From positions 64,919 to 128,918 of the forward strand of contig CAYRLW010000004.1 of assembly GCA_964425215.1 (NCBI GenBank): a stretch of DNA of 64,000 nt. The letters run 5' to 3'. Of the stretch, positions 19,292 to 27,863 are shown piece by piece. Position 1 is the stretch's first letter. Each line of letters begins with the position of its first letter. Position numbers and translations under genes: made by a program. The notes under the pieces are model-generated. The model ran no database searches. It was not told where the DNA came from and was given only the letters and a program-made list of their open reading frames with translations. The DNA is from an uncultured Treponema sp. (GTDB lineage Bacteria > Spirochaetota > Spirochaetia > Treponematales > Breznakiellaceae).

Positions 19292-19893
19292 TTGCGGACC
19301 TTCTCCGATTCTTCCAGGGCAACGTTAAAGCGCCGTTCCGCGTCCAAGGACGACGGCGGACCGTGGCCCGGCAGGACCGTATAGTTCCCCGGCAGGGAAA
19401 AGAGTTTTTTCCGTATGGCCATAGCCTGGATGGTGGTCCCGTAGGAACTGGCGGTGCGACCCACCAAGCCGGCGCTTAAGGCGTCCCCGGTAAACAGGAG
19501 GTGTCCGATCTGGTACACCGCCGAATCGGAGGAATGGCCGGGAACAGAGAGGACCCGGACCCCAAAGGGGCCGATTTGTAGATTTTCTTCGTCGTGGACG
19601 ATAATGGCCCGGTGTTCGCAAATGTCGTGGTTCACCGCGTATACCGGGGCGTCGTAAATTTTTCGAAGGGTTTTTAACCCGTGGACGTGGTTAATGTGGT
19701 CATGGGTAACCAGAATACCCCGGATCGTGTACTCGTTTTTTTCGATAAAATTCACGATCTTTTCATCCATACAGCCCGGATCGATTACCAGGGCTTCCTT
19801 TCCCTCCGATCCTTCCGTTCCCAGTACAAAACAATTGGTAAACCCGAACAGGCAGTAATGAAAGTAAAGGCGCATGTTATTCTTCCAACTCAA
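19258..19893 (-). CDS. MBL-fold metallo-hydrolase (glyoxalase-II-like)
   Basis: VTHDHINHVHG (HxHxDH) and downstream His/Asp ligands. Confidence 0.75.
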   Translation of the reverse strand: MSWKNNMRLYFHYCLFGFTNCFVLGTEGSEGKEALVIDPGCMDEKIVNFIEKNEYTIRGILVTHDHINHVHGLKTLRKIYDAPVYAVNHDICEHRAIIVHDEENLQIGPFGVRVLSVPGHSSDSAVYQIGHLLFTGDALSAGLVGRTASSYGTTIQAMAIRKKLFSLPGNYTVLPGHGPPSSLDAERRFNVALEESEKVRNQRVPFAQDIW

Positions 19894-20464
19894 AAATAGC
19901 TTCCGCCGTATTGGAGGATTTAAAGGAAACCCGTTCTTGGCGGGTTTTTATAAAAAAGGTCTTTTTAACGTTGCAATCGATCAGATCTGACGATTCGATC
20001 CGGGAAGATATAAAACGGCTGTTATACAGGTTGGAATTGTTGAATGTACAGTCCCGTATGGCGGAGCCGTTAAAATTCACGTGGACCAGTTCGGAACCCT
20101 CGAAGGTGCAGTCGGTAAAGGAAGCCCCCGCGAAGGAAGAGAATTGGATATCGCTTTTAGAAAAGTCGCAATCGATAAATTCGGCGAATTCAAAAAAGGA
20201 TACCCTAAAAAAGGATTCGGTAAAAACGCACATGGAAAAAACCGTGTGGGAAAAGGTACAACCAAAAAACCGATGATGGGAAAAATCGATCCCTTGAAAT
20301 CGAAGATTTTCGGCGCACAAATCCTTGGTGACTACCCCTTGGAAAATTTCAGAGACGATTCGATCGGCCTCCGCGCTGGGAGAAGCGGTATGAAGGGCGC
20401 AGGTTTTGGTTCCCGATAGAACGTTTCGGCCACAACCGGCGGCGCAGGGGGTAAATTCGTACAT
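19877..20464 (-). CDS. pentapeptide-repeat protein with N-terminal Cys cluster
   Basis: Tandem A(D/N)LxF-type pentapeptides (CTFEGSELVHVNFNGSAIRDCTFNNSNLYNSRF...); N-terminal CAAGCG..C..H. Confidence 0.7.
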   Translation of the reverse strand: MYEFTPCAAGCGRNVLSGTKTCALHTASPSAEADRIVSEIFQGVVTKDLCAENLRFQGIDFSHHRFFGCTFSHTVFSMCVFTESFFRVSFFEFAEFIDCDFSKSDIQFSSFAGASFTDCTFEGSELVHVNFNGSAIRDCTFNNSNLYNSRFISSRIESSDLIDCNVKKTFFIKTRQERVSFKSSNTAEAIFELEE

Positions 20465-20544
20465 GAACCTATTGTAGGGTCTTCGATTACATTAACGCAA
20501 GGCCCCATTGCGATATCCTGGCCCTGTGGGCTATTATTGGTTCC

Positions 20545-20841
20545 ATGTGTTGGTACTGTGGAGCCGCGGTGACGGATCCGGAGCCCCTTGGGCGTAGTCT
20601 CCGTTGTCCCCAATGCGGGCGGGATTTACGGTCCTGCAAAAATTGCAAGTTTTACCTAAGCGGAAGCCGGGGGGACTGCTCGGAAGCCCAGGGAGAGCAC
20701 CCGGCGGATAAGGAACGGGGCAATTTTTGTGATTGGTTTTCCCTTAACCCCCTGTTCAAGGTCCCCAGCGGAGGCCAAAAATCTGCCCAAGCCTCTGAAG
20801 CCAAGGCCCGCTCCGATTTTGACGCCCTTTTTGGATCCTAA
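20545..20841 (+). CDS. small Cys-rich zinc-ribbon protein
   Basis: CxxC pairs (CWYC, CPQC, CKNC, C..C) in 98 aa; immediately upstream of murI. Confidence 0.45.
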   Translation: MCWYCGAAVTDPEPLGRSLRCPQCGRDLRSCKNCKFYLSGSRGDCSEAQGEHPADKERGNFCDWFSLNPLFKVPSGGQKSAQASEAKARSDFDALFGS

Positions 20842-20844
20842 ACC

Positions 20845-21642
20845 ATGGAAAACCGTCCCATCGTTTTTTTAGATTCCGGGGTGGGGGGCCTGCCCTATCT
20901 GGAAAGCTTTCGCGCCTTGGACCATCACGAGGCCCTTGTATACGTCGCCGATCGGCGGAATTTTCCCTATGGCCCCAAACCCAAGGAACTTCTGGTACGG
21001 CTCCTAGTTGATCTGGTTGGTCGGCTTCGATCCGCCTTCGATCCAAAACTCCTGGTGGTGGCCTGCAATACCGCTTCGGTTTCCGCTTTGGACGAATTAC
21101 GAAAAGCCTTTCCCGATTTGCCCTTCGTGGGGACCGTCCCGGCGGTAAAACCCGCGGTTTTATCCAGCCGGAAGCGGTGTATCGGTCTTTTAGCCACCGA
21201 ACGGACGGTGGCCGACCCGTACACCGAAAACCTGGCCCACCAATACGGAAAGGATTGCCGGGTTCTGGGCATCGGAGCGCCGGAACTGGTTGAATTCGTG
21301 GAACACCGCTACCTGGCCGCGGATGAAGCGGAGCGATATGCGGCGGTACGGCCCTACGTGGACCGTTTTAGGAGCGAAGGGGCCGACGCCATAGTTCTGG
21401 GCTGTACCCACTTTCTTTTTTTGACCGATTTGTTTTCCCAAGCCTCTGCGCCGGATCTGAGGGTCTACGATTCCCTGGATGGGGTTGCCCACCGGATACA
21501 TACCATCCTTTCGGACCGCTCCCTTGTAGCCGCCTCTTCTCCGGGAAGTCTCCGGTTTTTTGTTACCGGACAAGGGGAAATTCCCGAATCCTTAGGGGCC
21601 TTTGCCCAGAGGTTCGGTATGAAAGCGGAGCTTTTTCCATGA
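20845..21642 (+). CDS. murI: glutamate racemase
   Basis: FDSGVGGL, VACNTAS, LGCTHF catalytic Cys motifs. Confidence 0.85.
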   Translation: MENRPIVFLDSGVGGLPYLESFRALDHHEALVYVADRRNFPYGPKPKELLVRLLVDLVGRLRSAFDPKLLVVACNTASVSALDELRKAFPDLPFVGTVPAVKPAVLSSRKRCIGLLATERTVADPYTENLAHQYGKDCRVLGIGAPELVEFVEHRYLAADEAERYAAVRPYVDRFRSEGADAIVLGCTHFLFLTDLFSQASAPDLRVYDSLDGVAHRIHTILSDRSLVAASSPGSLRFFVTGQGEIPESLGAFAQRFGMKAELFP

Positions 21643-22580
21643 CCGCCCTGGTGGTATCCGGATCAAAGAATAGGTTTATCGTCCAAGACCTGACCGGGAA
21701 AAACGGACAGAAGCGCTATCTGGAATGCCGCATCAAGGGAAAGGTCTTAAAGGGCGTGGAGGGCTTCTATAACCCCCTGGCCCCGGGAGACCGGGTGGAG
21801 GTGGAGGAGGACCCCGCGACTCCGGGGACGGGGCAGATCGTGGCGTTGGGGGAACGGAAAAATTCCTTTGTCCGCTTTAATCAAAAGGGACAAAGTCCCC
21901 AGCTTTTAGCGGCCAACGTGGACCTGGTCCTCTGCGTCGCCAGCCCCGGGAACCCTCCCTTTCGGCCCCGATTTTTGGACCGCCTGCTCGTCCAGGCGGA
22001 GTATTCGGCGATTTCTTCGGTTATAGTCTTAAATAAATGCGACCTGGAAAGCGACCTGGATGTGGATGAACGCTTAGAGGATTTTGTGCGGATTGGGTAT
22101 CCGGTGGTCCGGGTATCGGCCCGAACCGGCGAAGGGATCCCCGCGTTGCGGAGCCTGCTGGGGGGCACCTATTCGGTTATGGTTGGACAATCGGGGGTGG
22201 GAAAATCGAGCCTCTTAAACGCCCTAATGGGGAATTCGGATTTACGGGTTGGAGGACTATCTGAAAAGTACGATAGGGGTACCCATACAACCACCATGGC
22301 CACCCTCCTTACCGTTCCCACCCCAGAAGGGTTCGGCTGGGTCATCGATACCCCGGGGATACGCCGCTTGGTACCCCACGGTATGACCGCCGACGATCTG
22401 GCCCTCTACTTCCGGGAATTTGCCCCCCTGGTGGGCCGGTGTACCTTTGGTCTTTCCTGTACCCATCAAACCGAACCGGGCTGTAAAATTATGGAAGCCG
22501 TGGACGCGGGGGTCATCCACGAGGATCGCTACGAAAGTTTTCTCCGTCTGCGGGATGAATTGGCCGAAGGAAGATCATGA
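21639..22580 (+). CDS. rsgA: ribosome small-subunit biogenesis GTPase RsgA
   Basis: Circularly permuted GTPase (NKCDL, GQSGVGKSSLLNAL, DTPG) and C-terminal Zn finger CTFGLSCTHQTEPGC; start overlaps murI stop. Confidence 0.85.
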   Translation: MTALVVSGSKNRFIVQDLTGKNGQKRYLECRIKGKVLKGVEGFYNPLAPGDRVEVEEDPATPGTGQIVALGERKNSFVRFNQKGQSPQLLAANVDLVLCVASPGNPPFRPRFLDRLLVQAEYSAISSVIVLNKCDLESDLDVDERLEDFVRIGYPVVRVSARTGEGIPALRSLLGGTYSVMVGQSGVGKSSLLNALMGNSDLRVGGLSEKYDRGTHTTTMATLLTVPTPEGFGWVIDTPGIRRLVPHGMTADDLALYFREFAPLVGRCTFGLSCTHQTEPGCKIMEAVDAGVIHEDRYESFLRLRDELAEGRS

Positions 22581-25000
22581 ACGAACGAACCCTCCGTCTT
22601 TTAGAATTTGACGCCATCCGAGGGCGGGTGGCGGACCTTTGCCTGAGCGAAGAAGCCGCGGACCGATTACGCCAAGAGGTGCCGTACACGGATTCTGAAC
22701 GCGTAGGGGAACTTAAATCCCTGGTGGCGGATTTGGCTTCCCGGATGCTTCGGCACCCCGACGAACCTCGGCAGACCCTGCCTGCGATCGCGCCAATTCT
22801 TTCAAAATTAGCGGTGGAAGGCCTTTCTTTGGACCTGGAGGAGGCTTACGCCCTGGGCCTTTTTCTTCAGCGGGCCGCGGCGTTGAAGACCTGGATTTCC
22901 GTAGATGACGACGATTCCGCCCCCTCCGCCGAAGGAGGGCCCTCCGGGGTAACCATCGCTTCCTTAGCCAAGGGGCTCGTCGATTGTTCCTCCGTGGAAC
23001 GGGAAATATTTAAAATTATCGATAAAAGCGGAAATCTAAGGGATCTTCCGGAGGTACGGGAAATAAAAAGACGAATTCAGAACCTGCATAAGGATTTGGA
23101 TACCCTGGTCCATGGGTACACGCTTTCGGAGGAAAGCCGCCGTTTTCTCCAATCCGAAGTACCATCCCAACGGGATGGCCGTATCGTCCTGGCCGTTAAG
23201 GCTAACTTCCGGAACCGAATTCGGGGCATAGTCCACGAGGTTTCCGATACGGGGCGAACCGTTTTTATAGAACCCGAGGATGTGGTAGAAAAAAACAACG
23301 ATATTTTGCTGGAACAACGGCACCTTGAAGCGGAAATCGCGCGGATTTTTCGGGAGCTGACGGGACGGATAGCCAAGAATCGGGAGGACCTTCAAAGCCT
23401 CCATGGGGGTATCCTCTACCTGGAAAGTCTCCGCGCCCGCTCCCGTTACGGTTTTCAAAACCGCTTTGTTTTTGCCGCCGACGGGACCGGCCCCTCGCCT
23501 TCCTTGGTGATCCTCCAGGGGCGGCATCCTCTTTTGGGTTCTAAAGCCGTTCCCATCGACGTGGTCAGTCGGGGAGAAACCCGAATGGTCATTATCACGG
23601 GGCCCAACACGGGGGGCAAAACGGTAACCCTTAAGACCGTGGGGCTCTTTGCGTTGATGAACCAGTTCGGCCTGGCCCTTCCTGCCAAGGAGGGGACCAT
23701 CCTGCCGGTCTTTGATGGAATTTACGCGGATATCGGGGACGAACAATCCATCAGCCAGTCCTTGTCCACCTTTTCAGCCCACATGGTCCATATTACGGAT
23801 ATTATTTCCCAGGCCACCGACCGTTCCCTGGTTTTGCTCGACGAACTGGGTTCGGGAACCGATCCCGAGGAAGGGACGGCCATCGCCATGGCGGTGTTGG
23901 ATCATTTTATTGAAAAGGGAACCCGTTTGTTTTGTACCACCCACCATGGGGTTTTGAAAAATTATGGCTACAGTAAGCGGGGCGTGGAAAACGCCTCGGT
24001 GGAGTTTGATGGGGCGACCCTTTCGCCGACCTATAAAATAGTAATGGGAATTCCCGGAGAAAGCCGAGCCCTGGACGTGGCGGAACGGAACGGTCTTCCG
24101 TCTTCCATCGTCCAGCGGGCCCGGGGCTATATCGCCGAGGAACGGTCCGACGTTTCTGCCCTGATACGGGGGCTTAAGGAAAAACACCGGGAATTGGAGG
24201 AGGCGAAAAAAAACTATACCTCCGAGGACCTGCGGCTCCGGGAAGAACGACGCCGAACGGACCTGAAAGAACTGCAGCTTAAGCAAAAGGAGCTGGAACT
24301 TCGGTCCGGTTCGGTGGCGGGCTTGCATCGGCTCCTATCGGAAAGTCGAAAAACCCTTGAAAATTTGGTTCGGGAATTAAAGGAAGGGGAAATAAACCGG
24401 GAAAAAACCCTGGCGGTGAAGGAATTTCTAGCGGAATTAGAAAAAACTGTCCAGGAACAGGACCGGCTTTTGGAGCGGGAGGAGGCGGACTTTTATAAAG
24501 AAAAGGAACGCCGCGAGGAACCCCCGGTCGATCGTCTCCTCCCTTCGGAAATCCTAGCGCCGGGGGTTGAGGTCATGGTAAAAACCATGAAACGCCGGGG
24601 CGTGTTACTGCGGAAAGATAAAAAAGATACCTGGGTGGTGGAAGTCGGTTCGGTTAAAATGTCCTTTCCCGAAAAAGATTTAAGCCCCGTGGCCCCGGTT
24701 CGTCAGAAGACTGGTCCCCTGGTAGCCCAGGTGGACCTGGTATCCCAAACCTCCGCCCAACTGGAACTAAACCTGCGGGGCCTGCGCTTGGAAGAGGCCC
24801 TGGAGGTTCTGCGGAAGCAAATCGATGCGGCAACCCTTTCGGGGTTATACGAATTTTCGGTTATCCACGGAAAAGGGGATGGGATACTCCAAAAGGGAGT
24901 CCACGAATTTTTAAAAAATCAGTCCCAGGTAGAACGGTTTTCCTTTTCTCCCCCCGAACAAGGAGGGTTTGGTAAAACCCTGGTAAGCCTAAAGCGTTAA
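22577..25000 (+). CDS. mutS2: endonuclease MutS2
   Basis: MutS ATPase (ITGPNTGGKT, LLDELGSGTDPEEG) and C-terminal Smr domain; start overlaps rsgA stop. Confidence 0.9.
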   Translation: MNERTLRLLEFDAIRGRVADLCLSEEAADRLRQEVPYTDSERVGELKSLVADLASRMLRHPDEPRQTLPAIAPILSKLAVEGLSLDLEEAYALGLFLQRAAALKTWISVDDDDSAPSAEGGPSGVTIASLAKGLVDCSSVEREIFKIIDKSGNLRDLPEVREIKRRIQNLHKDLDTLVHGYTLSEESRRFLQSEVPSQRDGRIVLAVKANFRNRIRGIVHEVSDTGRTVFIEPEDVVEKNNDILLEQRHLEAEIARIFRELTGRIAKNREDLQSLHGGILYLESLRARSRYGFQNRFVFAADGTGPSPSLVILQGRHPLLGSKAVPIDVVSRGETRMVIITGPNTGGKTVTLKTVGLFALMNQFGLALPAKEGTILPVFDGIYADIGDEQSISQSLSTFSAHMVHITDIISQATDRSLVLLDELGSGTDPEEGTAIAMAVLDHFIEKGTRLFCTTHHGVLKNYGYSKRGVENASVEFDGATLSPTYKIVMGIPGESRALDVAERNGLPSSIVQRARGYIAEERSDVSALIRGLKEKHRELEEAKKNYTSEDLRLREERRRTDLKELQLKQKELELRSGSVAGLHRLLSESRKTLENLVRELKEGEINREKTLAVKEFLAELEKTVQEQDRLLEREEADFYKEKERREEPPVDRLLPSEILAPGVEVMVKTMKRRGVLLRKDKKDTWVVEVGSVKMSFPEKDLSPVAPVRQKTGPLVAQVDLVSQTSAQLELNLRGLRLEEALEVLRKQIDAATLSGLYEFSVIHGKGDGILQKGVHEFLKNQSQVERFSFSPPEQGGFGKTLVSLKR

Positions 25001-25506
25001 AAATTCTCCAACGGCGCGTCGACATCCATAAATTCCGGGAAGGTGTACACCAAAGTCCCCGACGAACGGACCCGCAATTCGGCGAACCCCTTGGTTACCA
25101 GCGTATCCAGGGCCTTCTTTGCCTCCTCTATGGGGACGTCGGCCTCCAGGGCTACGTCGCTGGCGGTCGCCATTCCCTGGTTCTTTTTAGCCACCCTAAG
25201 AATGGTTCGTTCAAGGCTTTCCTTCCGGACTATTCGGGCCGCCCCATCGTCGGCGTAGCGCCATTGTACCCTTTGGCCTGTCTGGGTTCCCTGTCCCAGG
25301 GCTTGACGAACCTGTTCCCGTAAATTAGCTTCCTGGACCTGCCGGGGTAGGGTGAAAAAGTCGTAGATGGCACCCACCATTCCCAGTCCTCCGGTACACA
25401 TCCATAAAAGGCCCGTGGGTAGTTTTCCCAGATAAAACCGATGAAACCCCAGGGCTCCGAACCCGGAAACGAACCATAAAAGATAGGCTATTCCAACGTT
25501 ATACAC
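24997..25506 (-). CDS. TM2-domain membrane protein
   Basis: N-terminal paired TM helices with GxxGxHRFYLG-type TM2 signature; 3' end overlaps mutS2 stop by 4 nt. Confidence 0.55.
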   Translation of the reverse strand: MYNVGIAYLLWFVSGFGALGFHRFYLGKLPTGLLWMCTGGLGMVGAIYDFFTLPRQVQEANLREQVRQALGQGTQTGQRVQWRYADDGAARIVRKESLERTILRVAKKNQGMATASDVALEADVPIEEAKKALDTLVTKGFAELRVRSSGTLVYTFPEFMDVDAPLENF

Positions 25507-25532
25507 CGGTACCTCCGGCCTTTAAGATACCA

Positions 25533-27029
25533 CTAGAGGCTTTGATGGACAAGCTTTCCTTGATTTTTATCCAAGCGAAACCGGACCCTTTTTAGGGTCG
25601 TATCCACAAAGTAAGCGATATGACAAATTTCTATAAGGGTTCCCGGCACCACCTCGCCGAAAACCTCGACCACCGCCTGTTCATCCGCGTTAAGCCGGTT
25701 TAATAGGTCTACAATGGCGTTGGAACAGGCGTTTTGTTGTTTTTTTAGTTCCTCCAGCAAAGCCGTGGCTTTTTTAAAATCCCCATCATCGGGAGCACGG
25801 CCCTTGAGCATATCCCGTAGTTTAGCGATTTTAGACGAGAGGACCCGAAGGTTTTCGTTTTGCTTATCCAGCCGCTGTTGGGCCGTAAAATCCACACCGC
25901 AGTGAATTTTAGTACCGTTTCCCTTTTCCTTTCCGATGGATCCGGTTCTTAGCCCCCGGACGGCGAATATTTCTCCTCCAACAATTTTACCCTTATCCCC
26001 CAGGTCCAGGCTATCCAGGGTATAAATTTGGGAATTGATGATCGTCGCGCCTACGGATATTTTCCCCCGGCAGGCGACCTTGCAATTTTGTATAAACTTT
26101 GTCCGCAGGGTACCCCCCACTTTGATGGAAGCCTGGCCCCTTCCGATAAGGCCTCCAGCCACGAGCAGGTCCTTTTTCGCGTTTACATCCGACGCGTCCA
26201 GGGTTTGCTTGGAAACGATGGACCCGCCGGAGTACACTTTAAACCCATCGGCCACGAGCCCATCGATAATGACGTCCCCGGGAAATATGATGTTCCCCGT
26301 GGCGTAATCCACCGAGCCCTTGACCTCCAGGACCTCTTCGACGTTGAGTTCCTTTCCCTTTTCCAACAAGCGGCCGTCCCGGGTCGCCACGATAGCCCCG
26401 TTTTCAAGGCGGGTATTCAGTCCTCCGACCGCGCTTTCCACGGCCCGTACGGTTTTGGGAATCGGTAAACCGTGGATATTTTTGCCCTCTTTTCCCTTGA
26501 CGCTGGCCCTCTGCCGGGCCAATACCTGTCCCTTTTTTACGATGATAAAGGGACTCAGCTCCTTCCAGTCGATGCGGGGAACGTCCCCGTCGGGCAGGGG
26601 GGGCCACTTGCGGAAGGATGGGTCAATCTCAAAATAGGCGGGAATCTCTTCCTCTGGAGGATCTCCATGGGCAATTAGGACATTTTTTATGGGACGATGA
26701 TCCAGGTTGCAGTCCATACTGGATTTTAAGATCAAATCCCAGTCGATTCCGTAGGTAATATTCAGCCGCTCTAGGATTGCGGCGATATAATCGGGGTTTA
26801 ACGGTTGCCCATCGCCGACGGGTGGGATAAAATCCGCCCAGGCTTCCAGGTCGTTTTCCGTAAAGCGGACCACCAGGTTCCCGTCGTTATGGTGAAGCCC
26901 CAGGGCTATTTCTTGAGTTGGGGTCCCAGGGGCCGTCGACGGGCTTTCTTTGTCCGTTTTGGGTGTTATGGGTTCATTTTTTTCGGTTTCCAACGGTTTC
27001 CCCCACTGTACGTATCGGCCAAAAAACAT
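25533..27029 (-). CDS. FapA/DUF342 family (polymer-forming beta-helix) protein
   Basis: Repetitive beta-helix segment rich in G..(I/V)..G motifs plus C-terminal coiled coil, typical of DUF342. Confidence 0.55.
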   Translation of the reverse strand: MFFGRYVQWGKPLETEKNEPITPKTDKESPSTAPGTPTQEIALGLHHNDGNLVVRFTENDLEAWADFIPPVGDGQPLNPDYIAAILERLNITYGIDWDLILKSSMDCNLDHRPIKNVLIAHGDPPEEEIPAYFEIDPSFRKWPPLPDGDVPRIDWKELSPFIIVKKGQVLARQRASVKGKEGKNIHGLPIPKTVRAVESAVGGLNTRLENGAIVATRDGRLLEKGKELNVEEVLEVKGSVDYATGNIIFPGDVIIDGLVADGFKVYSGGSIVSKQTLDASDVNAKKDLLVAGGLIGRGQASIKVGGTLRTKFIQNCKVACRGKISVGATIINSQIYTLDSLDLGDKGKIVGGEIFAVRGLRTGSIGKEKGNGTKIHCGVDFTAQQRLDKQNENLRVLSSKIAKLRDMLKGRAPDDGDFKKATALLEELKKQQNACSNAIVDLLNRLNADEQAVVEVFGEVVPGTLIEICHIAYFVDTTLKRVRFRLDKNQGKLVHQSL

Positions 27030-27089
27030 TGATAGTTTAGCGCTGGGGCTTGCATAAAAAGGGCTCCCACTGTATCTTTATACACGTAA

Positions 27090-27106
27090 TTAGAATAAAT
27101 ATTCGG
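27090..27106. promoter_or_regulatory. ARG-box-like palindrome upstream of argR
   Basis: tTAGAATAAATATTCgg; core GAATA-AA-TATTC is a perfect palindrome resembling TGAATwwwwATTCA ARG boxes; 20 nt upstream of the argR GTG start. Confidence 0.35.
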
Positions 27107-27126
27107 TTTAACCTGCGGAGTTTTGT

Positions 27127-27600
27127 GTGAAAGAACGATTGGCTCGCCTAAAAGCGATACGTAAATTAATAAAAACCTACCGAATAGAGTCCCAGGATAC
27201 CCTTTTAGGGCATTTACAGAAAGAGGGGTTTATCGTAACCCAGGCGACCCTTTCCCGGGATTTAAAACTTTTAAAGGTCGGTAAAATTTCCGATGGCCAC
27301 AACGGGTATATCTATTCTTTGCCCGGGGACGATGAACGGCAGGAAACCGAACGAACCTACGTTCACGATTTTATGCGGGGGTACATCTCCATCGACTGGT
27401 CCGGCAATATGGTGGTTATCAAGACCTACTCGGGCCACTCGGATTCGGTGGCCCTGGCGGTGGACAATCTGGCCTTGGACGATGTACTGGGGACCATAGC
27501 CGGCCGGGATAACACGGTTTTTGTCTGTCTCCGAGAGGGGGTCAGCGGCGAGGACTTTATGACCCAAATGAAAGAAAAAATGCCCGAATTGGAGGATTAA
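27127..27600 (+). CDS. argR: arginine repressor
   Basis: N-terminal winged-helix (QDTLLGHLQKEGFIVTQATLSRDLKLL) plus C-terminal ArgR oligomerisation domain (GTIAGRDNTVFV); GTG start. Confidence 0.85.
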   Translation: MKERLARLKAIRKLIKTYRIESQDTLLGHLQKEGFIVTQATLSRDLKLLKVGKISDGHNGYIYSLPGDDERQETERTYVHDFMRGYISIDWSGNMVVIKTYSGHSDSVALAVDNLALDDVLGTIAGRDNTVFVCLREGVSGEDFMTQMKEKMPELED

Positions 27601-27863
27601 GCATCCATCCGTCCTTTCCGCTTTGGGGCTCGACCATAGAACTTATGGTAATGTGTCTCCTCCGCATGATTATCGTATCGGTATGGCTATCGGTTCCTTC
27701 CCGCTATCGGCCCTGTCTAATCATCGGCCCTGTTCTCCAGGGACCTAGGCCAACCCATTTCTTATCCATGATTTGAAATGGGTTAGGTATTTCAATGTGG
27801 TATAGGTTTTTTTTAAAATTCCTAGTACAATAGGGTTCCAGATATGAAGAAGGAGCTACTAGG

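Noticed and set aside
23036-23746. 236-aa antisense ORF inside mutS2
   Set aside because: Same reasoning: wholly within a well-supported gene, with no start context.
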